This document shows, piece after piece, positions 56,033 to 64,000 of a stretch of DNA of 64,000 nucleotides. The notes under the pieces were generated by a model that saw only the letters and a program-made list of their open reading frames with translations, had not been told where the DNA came from and did no database searches. Position 1 is the first letter of the stretch. Every line of letters begins with the position of its first letter. Source of the DNA: a virus; the IMG/VR virus record IMGVR_UViG_3300036846_000738, positions 1 to 64,000 of that record. One strand, written 5' to 3'. Both the position numbers and the translations under genes were made by a program.

Positions 56033-57588
56033 TAGCCGATGATGGTGGAAACGTCGACCGGCCGTACCTGCTGGGCGACCCCGATCGCCATCGCCAGTGC
56101 GACGAGGCCGTCGATCCGGCCCGAGCTTTTGTTCTTGCTGAGACGGCGGTTGGCGTCATCCTTGCCCTCGACCACCGCGCAGGCCGCGCACATCGCCAGC
56201 ACCGGGTGATCGCCATGGGCGATCAGCTTGTCGCGCAGCAGCTCCTCCAGACTGCGCAGCGCCGGGCTCATCGACTGGGTGCCCTGCCCGAACTCGACGA
56301 AGCGGTCCTCGATCATGTTGGCGCCGAAGCCCGCCTTCTCCAGCCACGGCTTCAAGTGCGTCATGTTCCAGCGATCGAACGCCAGCTTGCGGATGTTGTA
56401 CTTGTCGAACAGGTCACGAAGAATGTGCGCGACGTATTCGTACTTGATCGAGGAGCCGTCAGTGGTCTGCAGCAGGCCCTTGTCGGCCCACATGTCATAC
56501 GGCACCCGATCGAGCCGGGCCTTCTCGACCAGACCGTCCTTTGGCAGCCAGAACGTCGGATGGACGTGCCATGTCTTGCCGCCGTCGGGCTGGCCGATCA
56601 GCACCAGCGCGGTGAGGTCGGCGACGCTCGACAGATCGAGCCCGGCATAGAGCGGGGTGGTCGAGGCGAACGGCAGCGGCTTGGCACCGCAGGCCTTCCA
56701 GATCGAGGGCGACACAAACGGGTTCGAGGCCTCGACCCGCTGGTTCAAAACCAGATTGCGAAACTCGGCCTCGCGCGACGGCAGCCGCCGGGCGTCGTGG
56801 GCCATCGCCAGCACTTCGGCCTTGTTCATGAAAATGTTCAGCGCCGGGTTGGCCTTGGCGATCGTCGCCTCGATCAGCGGATCATCGTCCATCGGCGCCG
56901 TGTTGAAGCGCAGCACCGTGCGCGGATCGGCGCCCGACAGCGCGTCGTCGATCAGCATCGACAACAGGTCGCTGTCGCTCGGCGCCTGCGTCGAGATCAC
57001 CACGGTCAGCGGCTCTTCCTGCGCCGCGGTCGCGGTCTCCATCGCCTCGTACAGCGGAAAGCGCGGCCCCCTCACCTGCCCGAGTTCGTCATGGATCGTC
57101 AGCACCGGCGACAGACCGAACGCGGTGGTGGTCTCCGCGCTCAGCGCCTTGTACGAGGTGCCGACGCCCGGACACTGCAGCTCCTTGGCGCTCTCCCTGA
57201 TCTTGACCACCCGCCGCAGCACCGGCGACAGCCGCACCATCTTGCTCGCCAGCCGGAAGATGATCCCGGCCTGATCGCGGCTCTGCGCGCAGGAATAGAT
57301 CGTGCCATTCGGCCGATACTCCGGCCCGCACAGATGCAGCAGCACGATCGAGGCGCACTCGACCGACTTGGCGTTCTTGCGCCCGCGCGAGATGATCGCC
57401 CGCCGCGTCCCGGCCGGGTTGCCGTAGATCGCGCGAAAGTCGTCCTTCATGAACTCGGCCATCCGCATCGGCTTGCCGACGTCCTTGCCCTCGGGCAGGA
57501 ACAGAAACCGCTCACACCACTCGATGTTCTCCTCGGCGCGCTCCGCCGGGATGCCGCGGTCCCAGACCCGCTCGCGGGTTTCGCTCAT
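56032..57588 (-). CDS. terL: Terminase large subunit
   Basis: GRKNAKS Walker A, IHDELG Walker B, ISTQ, GLDLS..DLT, RIDGLVA. Confidence 0.95.
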   Translation of the reverse strand: MSETRERVWDRGIPAERAEENIEWCERFLFLPEGKDVGKPMRMAEFMKDDFRAIYGNPAGTRRAIISRGRKNAKSVECASIVLLHLCGPEYRPNGTIYSCAQSRDQAGIIFRLASKMVRLSPVLRRVVKIRESAKELQCPGVGTSYKALSAETTTAFGLSPVLTIHDELGQVRGPRFPLYEAMETATAAQEEPLTVVISTQAPSDSDLLSMLIDDALSGADPRTVLRFNTAPMDDDPLIEATIAKANPALNIFMNKAEVLAMAHDARRLPSREAEFRNLVLNQRVEASNPFVSPSIWKACGAKPLPFASTTPLYAGLDLSSVADLTALVLIGQPDGGKTWHVHPTFWLPKDGLVEKARLDRVPYDMWADKGLLQTTDGSSIKYEYVAHILRDLFDKYNIRKLAFDRWNMTHLKPWLEKAGFGANMIEDRFVEFGQGTQSMSPALRSLEELLRDKLIAHGDHPVLAMCAACAVVEGKDDANRRLSKNKSSGRIDGLVALAMAIGVAQQVRPVDVSTIIG

Positions 57589-58070
57589 TGCGTCCGCTCA
57601 CCGCGGCCCGGCGTCCCGCTCGCCCACGGCGCCACCTCGACATACTCCTGCTTGACCCGCTCCCGCGTGCGATCGGCCACATCGGCATCGGGTATCCGCT
57701 GCTGGCTGGTCAGCCGCAGCCGCACCATCAGCGCCGTCATCGCCCGGCCCTCGCGGTCGTGCAAATGCTGCAGCACCCGGAGCCGGTCCAGTGCGTCGTC
57801 ATCGGTCGGGTCCAGCAACCCGGCCCGAACCTCCTGCAAACACTGCCCAACCCAGCGCGACTGGCAGATGTGTCGGCACAACTGCGCCAGCATCGGCCAC
57901 GTCTCCGGCGGGAACCAGTCCGGTGGCATCCGATTGGTAAATTTGTACCACTCAACCCGCTCCTCTGCGGCAAGCTCCTCCAGCGGTTCCGGTTGAGTGC
58001 CCGGAACCATCGGTGGAACCGACACATCTTCCGGTTGTGTTTTTTTGGAAGCATTAGATACCGGCTTCAT
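57585..58070 (-). CDS. terS: Terminase small subunit
   Basis: Directly upstream of terL with ATGA overlap; P..L...E...W and LRLTSQQR motifs. Confidence 0.75.
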   Translation of the reverse strand: MKPVSNASKKTQPEDVSVPPMVPGTQPEPLEELAAEERVEWYKFTNRMPPDWFPPETWPMLAQLCRHICQSRWVGQCLQEVRAGLLDPTDDDALDRLRVLQHLHDREGRAMTALMVRLRLTSQQRIPDADVADRTRERVKQEYVEVAPWASGTPGRGERTQ

Positions 58071-58139
58071 TTGGCATGTCCTTTCACAAAAACCCAAGTT
58101 CCTAGAAGGATTTGCTTTTGTTCCCGTTGCGCCGCCGCG

Positions 58140-58420
58140 CGGGAATATCATACCGCCGGAAAAAACCGCGGGTCCCCCCCGCCCCTGATGGGGCTTGGAC
58201 GGGCTTGGCGAGGCCGCTGGTGCGGTAATCCCCCTGTTCTGGCACTTTCCCTGCGCTCCCGGCACCCCAACCCATCCACGGGCTTCCTATTGGGTCCCCC
58301 CTTAAACCTCATAAGTGCTTGATGCCATTGCCTTATCCGCTCTCGACCTCGACCAGTTAAGTGCTTGATATGATTGGCTTATTCGGCGTTCCGACGAGGC
58401 CATATCGGCCTAGAATGCCC
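58140..58420. other. Candidate cos/packaging region with IHF-consensus sites
   Basis: Intergenic between HNH and terS; TAAGTGCTTGAT occurs twice (~58313, ~58358), and its reverse complement matches WATCAANNNNTTR. Confidence 0.5.
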
Positions 58421-58531
58421 TTCTCTTGGCGCGTTGTTTCAGGTTGTATCGTGGGGAACGCTATTCTCACCACACACACGGAGGTTGCATTGAGCGGGTG
58501 TGTGGTTGTGGGTTTAGGACTGCAGGAACAG

Positions 58532-58840
58532 TCACTTATAGACCGGATGCTTGGGATCGATGGGCCAGCCGTCCTCGCCGATGTCGGATCGATAGCCGCG
58601 GATGTCCTGATATTTCTTGCCGCTTTCGTGGCAGGTCCGGCACAGCGACTGCAGATGCCCGAGCCAGAACTCGTTCCAGTCACCACGGTGGGGACGGATG
58701 TGGTCGGCGATCACGGCGGGCGCGACAAGGCCCTTCTGCAGGCAATGGGCGCAGAGCGGATGCTGGCGCATCTGGAATCGGGCGCGCTTCTTCCAGCGCC
58801 CGAGGCCGTACCAGTCACGCGGATTGGCGGGATGCAGCAT
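58532..58840 (-). CDS. HNH endonuclease (terminase-associated, HK97 gp74-like)
   Basis: PLCAHC, ADHIRPHRGD, LQSLCRTCH. Confidence 0.9.
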   Translation of the reverse strand: MLHPANPRDWYGLGRWKKRARFQMRQHPLCAHCLQKGLVAPAVIADHIRPHRGDWNEFWLGHLQSLCRTCHESGKKYQDIRGYRSDIGEDGWPIDPKHPVYK

Positions 58841-59021
58841 GGGCAAAGCCGTTGTTGGTGGGGTGAATTGGTTGCCGCCAGAAACCAAGCTCCGAAGAGC
58901 TTTGCCGCCGATCGAGGAAGGCATTCAAATATCGGAGTTTCTGGCGGCGTTCGCGTTCGGGAAGGAGGCACCCGAAAGCGAATTGGGACTAGCTCCGCCA
59001 TTTCGGCTAGGTCACTTTGAC

Positions 59022-59576
59022 CTACCAATGGCTGCGCGATGAACTGGTCTGTGAATCGCGTCTAAGTGTTTCGCTGTGCGAACGCAATCTATTTCTGGGG
59101 GGTAGCTTGATCTCGGGCGCTAGGTCTGTGGTGGCTACCAGCAGGGTGACGTTCTGGCCGAGCATTTCGATCAGGACGCGCTCGCGGTCGCGGCCGGACA
59201 TTCCGGCGTAGATCACGACGCGGTGCTTGAGTGAGCCGCGCAGGATGGTGAGGCGCTGGCCGGGCGCGAAGCGCGGTGGCGGCGGGAGCTGGACCAGACC
59301 GCCGCGTTCCTTGGCGCGCCAGTTGGCGATGACCCCTCCGGAAATGCATGCCGGTTGGTCGCCGGTCTTGAGCAGGCAGCGGACGCCGACCGTGTTGGTG
59401 ATCGGGCTCCAGTCCCGCATTTTGGGAACAAAGAGGTATCCAGCGAATAATGCTGCGATGCGGCCTTTGGTGGTTTTGAAGCGAGGCAGGTAGGGATCGA
59501 GGGCTTTCAGGCGCTCGCTGACGAAGTTTTCGCGCTGCGGATGGGTCTGAACGATAAACCATTGATCTTGCAGCAT
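59022..59576 (-). CDS. NusG/RfaH-like antitermination factor
   Basis: WFIVQTHPQRE, LFAGYLFV, TVGV, KOW-like F.PGQRLTILRGSL, RVLIEMLG. Confidence 0.85.
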   Translation of the reverse strand: MLQDQWFIVQTHPQRENFVSERLKALDPYLPRFKTTKGRIAALFAGYLFVPKMRDWSPITNTVGVRCLLKTGDQPACISGGVIANWRAKERGGLVQLPPPPRFAPGQRLTILRGSLKHRVVIYAGMSGRDRERVLIEMLGQNVTLLVATTDLAPEIKLPPRNRLRSHSETLRRDSQTSSSRSHW

Positions 59577-60030
59577 TCCGCAAATCCCCTGTCCCTCGTT
59601 TGAATTGCGGAAAATCGCTCTTTTCGTGAGAAACCCAATAGAACAAGGCACTTTTGACATTTCGGAATTTTCAAATCGGCACTTTTTCTTGAAATCGCGA
59701 TTTTGGCCAAAATGCTAAGTGTCTGATCTTGCTGCAAAGCCGCAATTCCGCAATTGATTCTGACGTTTTTTCCGCATTTGAAAAAACTCGCGTGAAATTT
59801 GAAACCTCCGGAAATTCTGCAAGGAATGCTTTTCCCGCAAATAGCGGAAAAGCATTTGCGGTCGCTTTTCCGCAATTGCAGTAATTTCCGGAGGAAATTC
59901 ACGCTCGTCAATTGCGGAAGGCGTTTCCGCAATTGCCGCAAATGGCCAAAATCAATTGCGGAGCTTTGAGCGCAGCGCAAAAATTATTTTTGCCGCAATC
60001 CATTTTGGGCAATCGCGGAGCTTTTGCGGC
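59576..60030. repeat. AT-rich tract with at least 13 CCGCAA/TTGCGG hexamers in both orientations
   Basis: Counted by eye; many copies extend to TTCCGCAAWT. Confidence 0.75.
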
Positions 60031-60209
60031 CGTCTTTTGACCCGGATGAAATCACGCACTCTATGCAGATGCATGGTTCGACCGGCGGCCGGACGTCCCG
60101 GATCGCTTGGAAATGCCGGTCCCGGAGCCTTGCGGTCAGCGCATGGCTTGGCGGTATTGTCGTGGGACAAAAACACCTCCGAAAATGTCTCACGAAAATT
60201 AGTGAGCGC

Positions 60210-60241
60210 AAAAAAGAGGCCGCCAAACTGAAGCGGCCTCT
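60210..60241 (-). terminator. Intrinsic terminator of the peptide gene
   Basis: Minus strand AGAGGCCGC...GCGGCCTCT-TTTTT. Confidence 0.75.
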
Positions 60242-60318
60242 CGAAGTCCTTAAACCTCGCAATGTTGATTTTTGGACCCCTACAGGATGGGAGAAAAAAT
60301 CAACATCGCGTGCAGAGA

Positions 60319-60459
60319 TCAGTAGCAGCTACGGGTGCAGGTGCGCTGTCCGGGCGGGCCACTGCAGGTGCTGGTGCAGGTCTTGCCTGATTGAGCAAAA
60401 GCTGGCGCGACGGCCTCCATGACGAAGAACGTCGCAATCGCGATAAACAGAACTTTCAT
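60319..60459 (-). CDS. 46-aa secreted Cys-rich peptide (not in ORF track)
   Basis: GAAGGAAGGA RBS; MKVLFIAIATFFVMEAVAPAFA-QSGKTCTSTCSGPPGQRTCTRSCY. Confidence 0.75.
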   Translation of the reverse strand: MKVLFIAIATFFVMEAVAPAFAQSGKTCTSTCSGPPGQRTCTRSCY

Positions 60460-60621
60460 ATTGTACGATCCTTCCTTCACGTCCGATGAAGTTTAGACGC
60501 GAGGCACCCTTAACCAGTCACGCTCGGGTTGCAAGCCCCATATAGGCCACTTAGGCCTTGCCTTTTTCGTGAGACATTTTCAGCCCGGTTTTTGTCCCAC
60601 GACTTTGCTGGTGGGCAGCCT

Positions 60622-61320
60622 TTATCGATCCGCAAACCGCTTGCAGAGCCACCGCCAGATCGATCTGGCTTCGGCCGTGGTGATCTGGTTGAAAAACTGT
60701 GTGCGCTCTTCTGGGCTCGTCCTCTGCCACCAATGCTGGAGCTGATCGAGTGACGTCTTGGTCTTGACGATGCCAGCTTCGATGGCGGCAGCTCGCACCG
60801 ATCGAAATTCACCGTTGGCCAACCGCTCCGCGATCTCCTTGTGGTCGCGCTGCAGAACTCCCTTGAGATAATCAGCGCTATTGCCTCGCTCGGAACTATT
60901 CAAGGTTACATTGTCACCTTGATTAGTTCCATCTTTCTCATCGCCAAATTTTGGTCGGCCAGCGCCGGGACGTTTCCCGCCGTGCGATCCCAGCACATCA
61001 CCAAGCAGCTCAGCATCGTTGACCGCGTCGATGACCGTCTGTGCGCTCTCGGGCGGCATGCCGAGACCATTCGGCTCCGGATGCCGGACGTAGGCCTCCC
61101 ACGATTTAAATGGATGGTTCTTGTTGTCATAGAGCTGACGCCAGCGCTCGTCCCGCTTGAACTCAAGCAGGCCATACTTCAAATGCCGCACCTCCCAGTC
61201 GAGCTTCCGTTTTGCCGCGCACAGTTCGACGTGCGATGCTTTACACCACGGCTGCGAACCGATCGGCGCACTGGCATCACCAACATCGACAAAATCCTTG
61301 ACAGCAGTGCGTTTGATCAC
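60622..61320 (-). CDS. Hypothetical protein, putative DNA-binding
   Basis: HGGKRPGAGRP, GNSADYL...RD...GEFRSVRAAAIEAG; GTGA overlap with the helicase gene. Confidence 0.7.
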   Translation of the reverse strand: MIKRTAVKDFVDVGDASAPIGSQPWCKASHVELCAAKRKLDWEVRHLKYGLLEFKRDERWRQLYDNKNHPFKSWEAYVRHPEPNGLGMPPESAQTVIDAVNDAELLGDVLGSHGGKRPGAGRPKFGDEKDGTNQGDNVTLNSSERGNSADYLKGVLQRDHKEIAERLANGEFRSVRAAAIEAGIVKTKTSLDQLQHWWQRTSPEERTQFFNQITTAEARSIWRWLCKRFADR

Positions 61321-63260
61321 TGCTTCATCCAGATGTGCCGCATCTCAAACACCGTCTGCAATTGCGGCTCAGTCAGCTCTTCCAGCCGCTTATTGAAAAT
61401 TTTCCACATTGCCTTTCCTCGCAGCTCGATCCGTTTTGATGTTTCTGGATCATGAGGATTGTATCCGCTGCGGTGTAGCTTACTGATTTGCTTTCTGAGT
61501 TTGTCCTCGCGCTTGCTTGGCGGTTCGATGTCCTCAACGACCGCCAATTGCTCTGGAGCTATCTCCGGAGACTGTTGACCTGTCATGGCTTCGAAAAATC
61601 TCTGGGCTGCCGTTGTCGAAATGGCACCATGAATGTCGGCGAGCTTCAACGCAGTGGTAAGTTGCTCATGAGTGCCGCCAGTAATTGGAGGGTCGTTGAA
61701 AGTTGCCGCAGTGCTTTCCGTCAACGACGATTCACGCGGACGCACTCGTGTGGGGCCACCGCCTCCACCACCCGGTCCGGGTGGACCTATATTGAGATCG
61801 TCGGTTACGAACGGCGCCTGCTCAGCCTTGATCTCGGCCATGATGTCGCAGAAAAATTTATCTTTTGGCGCGAAGATCGTCGCAAATTGGTTATCCCAAG
61901 ACAGTGAACTCTTGGAATCATAGCGCGTGACACGATGGATCATCTGCTCGATCCAGCCACGCGATCTGATATGTGTCAGCGCCACCAAGACGTCTGCTTG
62001 CGGAGCATCCATACCCTCATAAGCCATCGCAACAGTCACCAGCGCATCGAGATACGGTCTTTCCTTGCGACGGAAACGCTCAATTGATGTTTGTGCCTCG
62101 TCACCATCATCGCTCGTCGCGATCCCAGCGTTGACTCCCATTTTTTTGAGAATGCCAAGAGCCCATTGGGCTTTTTTAATCGATCGGGCCACAATCAGGA
62201 ATGTCGATCTAGGATTGTGCTTGCGACGATTGCGCCAGAATTCAGTGGCCTCGATCAGCAACGATTCCGCAAACTCAGTATTCAATGCAGTGTACAATCC
62301 CTTGTGAGTATCTTTGACGGAAGCTCCATCGAAACTCTCGATCTTGCCGTTGCCAAAGAAGTCGTCGTTATCGTCAACCTCGTCCCAAGCGGCGGCGCAG
62401 TCGCGCAGCTCGAAATTGATCTTGATGATTGCGTGCTCGCGCGTGGCGTCAGCTAAACCGTATTTAATCGTCGCCACCGTAGAACTAGGATTGAGGTCAA
62501 CCAAACAATGCCCACTGGTGTCCCGATCGAGATAGTTTAGAAATGCAATCCTCTTATTGTCGTGACGCGAGAGTGATCCGCTCATGACCGCAACGACCGC
62601 CGCCGATTGCACCAACGGCCGAAGCGCCAAGTCAAATTCACCGTCCTGATAGGCGTGCTGCACCTCATCCAAAAACAGGATCATCCGACGTCGCTTGAAA
62701 AGCTCGACATGCGGATTGATCCGATATGTGCTCGCGACCGAGAGCGCCTGATAAGTTGTCGCGTAACCAACCTTGTCGCGCAGCAAATCGACTTCATTGA
62801 CCATCGCCCGAATTTCATGGTTATGCCCAATGATGCCGCGCAACCATCCATCGGTAAAAGCCGATTCGGCCTGATTGCGCAGATTGGTGCGTGGAGCAAT
62901 CCAAGCGATTGCGTCGCCGACATATGGAATCAACTCTTTCGCCGCAATAACCGGCAACGCACTCTTGCCACCACCCGGCACTATCGACGCGACCACCTTG
63001 CGCAACTCTTTTCTTGTTTTGATCAGGCGACAGATTTCCAGAAACTCCTGCTGATGTTGTCGCAGCATATTCGCTCCCTTCTTTAAACTACACCGAGGGC
63101 AAAGCGCTTGCCCGTTTGCGGTGTCCGTAGCCCCACCTTTGCTCCACGGCTCTTTATGATCTGCGTGATAGCTCGCTCCTAACGGGCCACCGCAAAGCGC
63201 ACAATTACCGTTGCTCGCGAGGCCAAGTTCAGTTCGTTCGCGCGAAGTGAAACGTCGCAT
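61317..63260 (-). CDS. HNH endonuclease fused to an SF2 (ResIII-like) helicase
   Basis: CALC...HADH..PWSKGG...NGQALC..C; PGGGKS, LDEVQH, SGSL, MAYEGMD, EQMIHRVTR. Confidence 0.85.
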   Translation of the reverse strand: MRRFTSRERTELGLASNGNCALCGGPLGASYHADHKEPWSKGGATDTANGQALCPRCSLKKGANMLRQHQQEFLEICRLIKTRKELRKVVASIVPGGGKSALPVIAAKELIPYVGDAIAWIAPRTNLRNQAESAFTDGWLRGIIGHNHEIRAMVNEVDLLRDKVGYATTYQALSVASTYRINPHVELFKRRRMILFLDEVQHAYQDGEFDLALRPLVQSAAVVAVMSGSLSRHDNKRIAFLNYLDRDTSGHCLVDLNPSSTVATIKYGLADATREHAIIKINFELRDCAAAWDEVDDNDDFFGNGKIESFDGASVKDTHKGLYTALNTEFAESLLIEATEFWRNRRKHNPRSTFLIVARSIKKAQWALGILKKMGVNAGIATSDDGDEAQTSIERFRRKERPYLDALVTVAMAYEGMDAPQADVLVALTHIRSRGWIEQMIHRVTRYDSKSSLSWDNQFATIFAPKDKFFCDIMAEIKAEQAPFVTDDLNIGPPGPGGGGGGPTRVRPRESSLTESTAATFNDPPITGGTHEQLTTALKLADIHGAISTTAAQRFFEAMTGQQSPEIAPEQLAVVEDIEPPSKREDKLRKQISKLHRSGYNPHDPETSKRIELRGKAMWKIFNKRLEELTEPQLQTVFEMRHIWMKQ

Positions 63261-63508
63261 CCAACACCTCACACACAAGCGGCGGCCCGGACCGCCCCTG
63301 TCAGGGAGAAGCCGGGCCGCCTACCTTCGTTGCGCGCGCACAAAGGGTCAGAAAAATGGTTTTGAAGGCCTGACAGGGGCAGCGCAAACCAGATTCCAAA
63401 ATTGCGCTTCTGACAAGCGGTGAGTTGTTTCTGTCTTTCCTTGAGCTTTGAAAGGTGCGGACCCCGGCCTTAGCTGGCGAGTGCGGTTGCAAGGCAAGCC
63501 TCGCCAAC

Positions 63509-63787
63509 TTAGGCCTTGCCCTGCATTTCCGCTTGTCCCTCGAACCGAGCCAACTGCTCTTTCAGGAGGGTGACGACGTCCTCGCGCTTGGCGTTGGACA
63601 CGTAGTTGGCGCGGCCATCGAACCCGGCAAACGGAAACACCATCAGGCAAAAACCAAACTTCTTGTCCTTTGGCTCGGTGTCTTTGCCGTTGATGATCTC
63701 GTCGAGGCCGTGCGCGAGCGCATTCATCGTGCCGTGTAGCTCGGGCTCGATCGGTGCGTCGCCAAGTCCTCCGGTGTGCTGGCTCAT
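63509..63787 (-). CDS. Phage hypothetical protein
   Basis: AGGAG RBS; GFCLMVFPF...RANYVSN..REDV. Confidence 0.75.
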   Translation of the reverse strand: MSQHTGGLGDAPIEPELHGTMNALAHGLDEIINGKDTEPKDKKFGFCLMVFPFAGFDGRANYVSNAKREDVVTLLKEQLARFEGQAEMQGKA

Positions 63788-63981
63788 TTGGTTTCTCCTA
63801 AACGCTCCGTTTCTTTTGTACGCGGTTCAGTTACCCATATGGCCATTTCGCCGCACCGAGGGCAGGGCCGATCCCATAGACCGGGTTCTTGAGGAAAATG
63901 CTCAGGCGGTGTGAAGCCCACCAAGAAGCATTTCGTGCAGCCCATCACCTGCTCATGTGTTTCTGCGGTCATCCTACTCAT
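63784..63981 (-). CDS. Small CxxC/CxxC protein
   Basis: CTKC and CPRC; ATGA overlap. Confidence 0.6.
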   Translation of the reverse strand: MSRMTAETHEQVMGCTKCFLVGFTPPEHFPQEPGLWDRPCPRCGEMAIWVTEPRTKETERLGETK

Positions 63982-64000
63982 TCTGCCTCTCGATCGGTTG

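Larger units (their letters stand above)
60159..60603. repeat. Pair of 40-bp inverted repeats (60159-60198 and 60564-60603)
   Basis: GTCGTGGGACAAAAAC-acctcc-GAAAATGTCTCACGAAAA versus the reverse complement of the right copy, GTCGTGGGACAAAAAC-cgggct-GAAAATGTCTCACGAAAA. Confidence 0.85.

Noticed and set aside
1-64000. tRNA, rRNA, IS transposase or prophage boundary
   Set aside because: None recognised by eye; a tRNAscan/Infernal run would be needed to exclude small RNAs.

Overview
The whole window reads as one GC-rich temperate tailed phage or prophage, probably with an alphaproteobacterial host (inferred from gene content). No host genes are evident. Left to right: an AlpA-like HTH fragment, a GG-periodic pentamer array, a tyrosine integrase, then plus-strand accessory genes (2.3-11.6 kb). 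A long minus-strand late operon runs from about 59.6 kb down to 12.1 kb: NusG-like factor, HNH, TerS/TerL, methyltransferase and glycosyltransferase, a second fibre/appendage module, two putative head-cargo enzymes, a protease-capsid fusion, portal, collagen-like protein, a Mu-like contractile tail, fibres, endolysin and a holin candidate. An HNH-helicase pair lies at the right end. The most striking unexplained structure is a family of ten ~43-bp repeats, ATAYGACCYY-TTGACR-TATAGGCC-N2-AATGGCC-TANNTY. Each combines a sigma70-type promoter (17-bp spacer) with a palindromic operator, TAGGCC-N5-GGCCTA. The repeats divide small genes into two cassette arrays (3.5-5.7 kb and 38.3-46 kb). In eight of ten copies the previous gene's stop codon lies in or against the repeat. 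Each array is followed by a related small HTH gene, and the second has an operator half-site in its own promoter. This looks like a shufflable, co-repressed early or anti-defence cassette system. All family assignments come from motifs recognised by eye; no searches were run.
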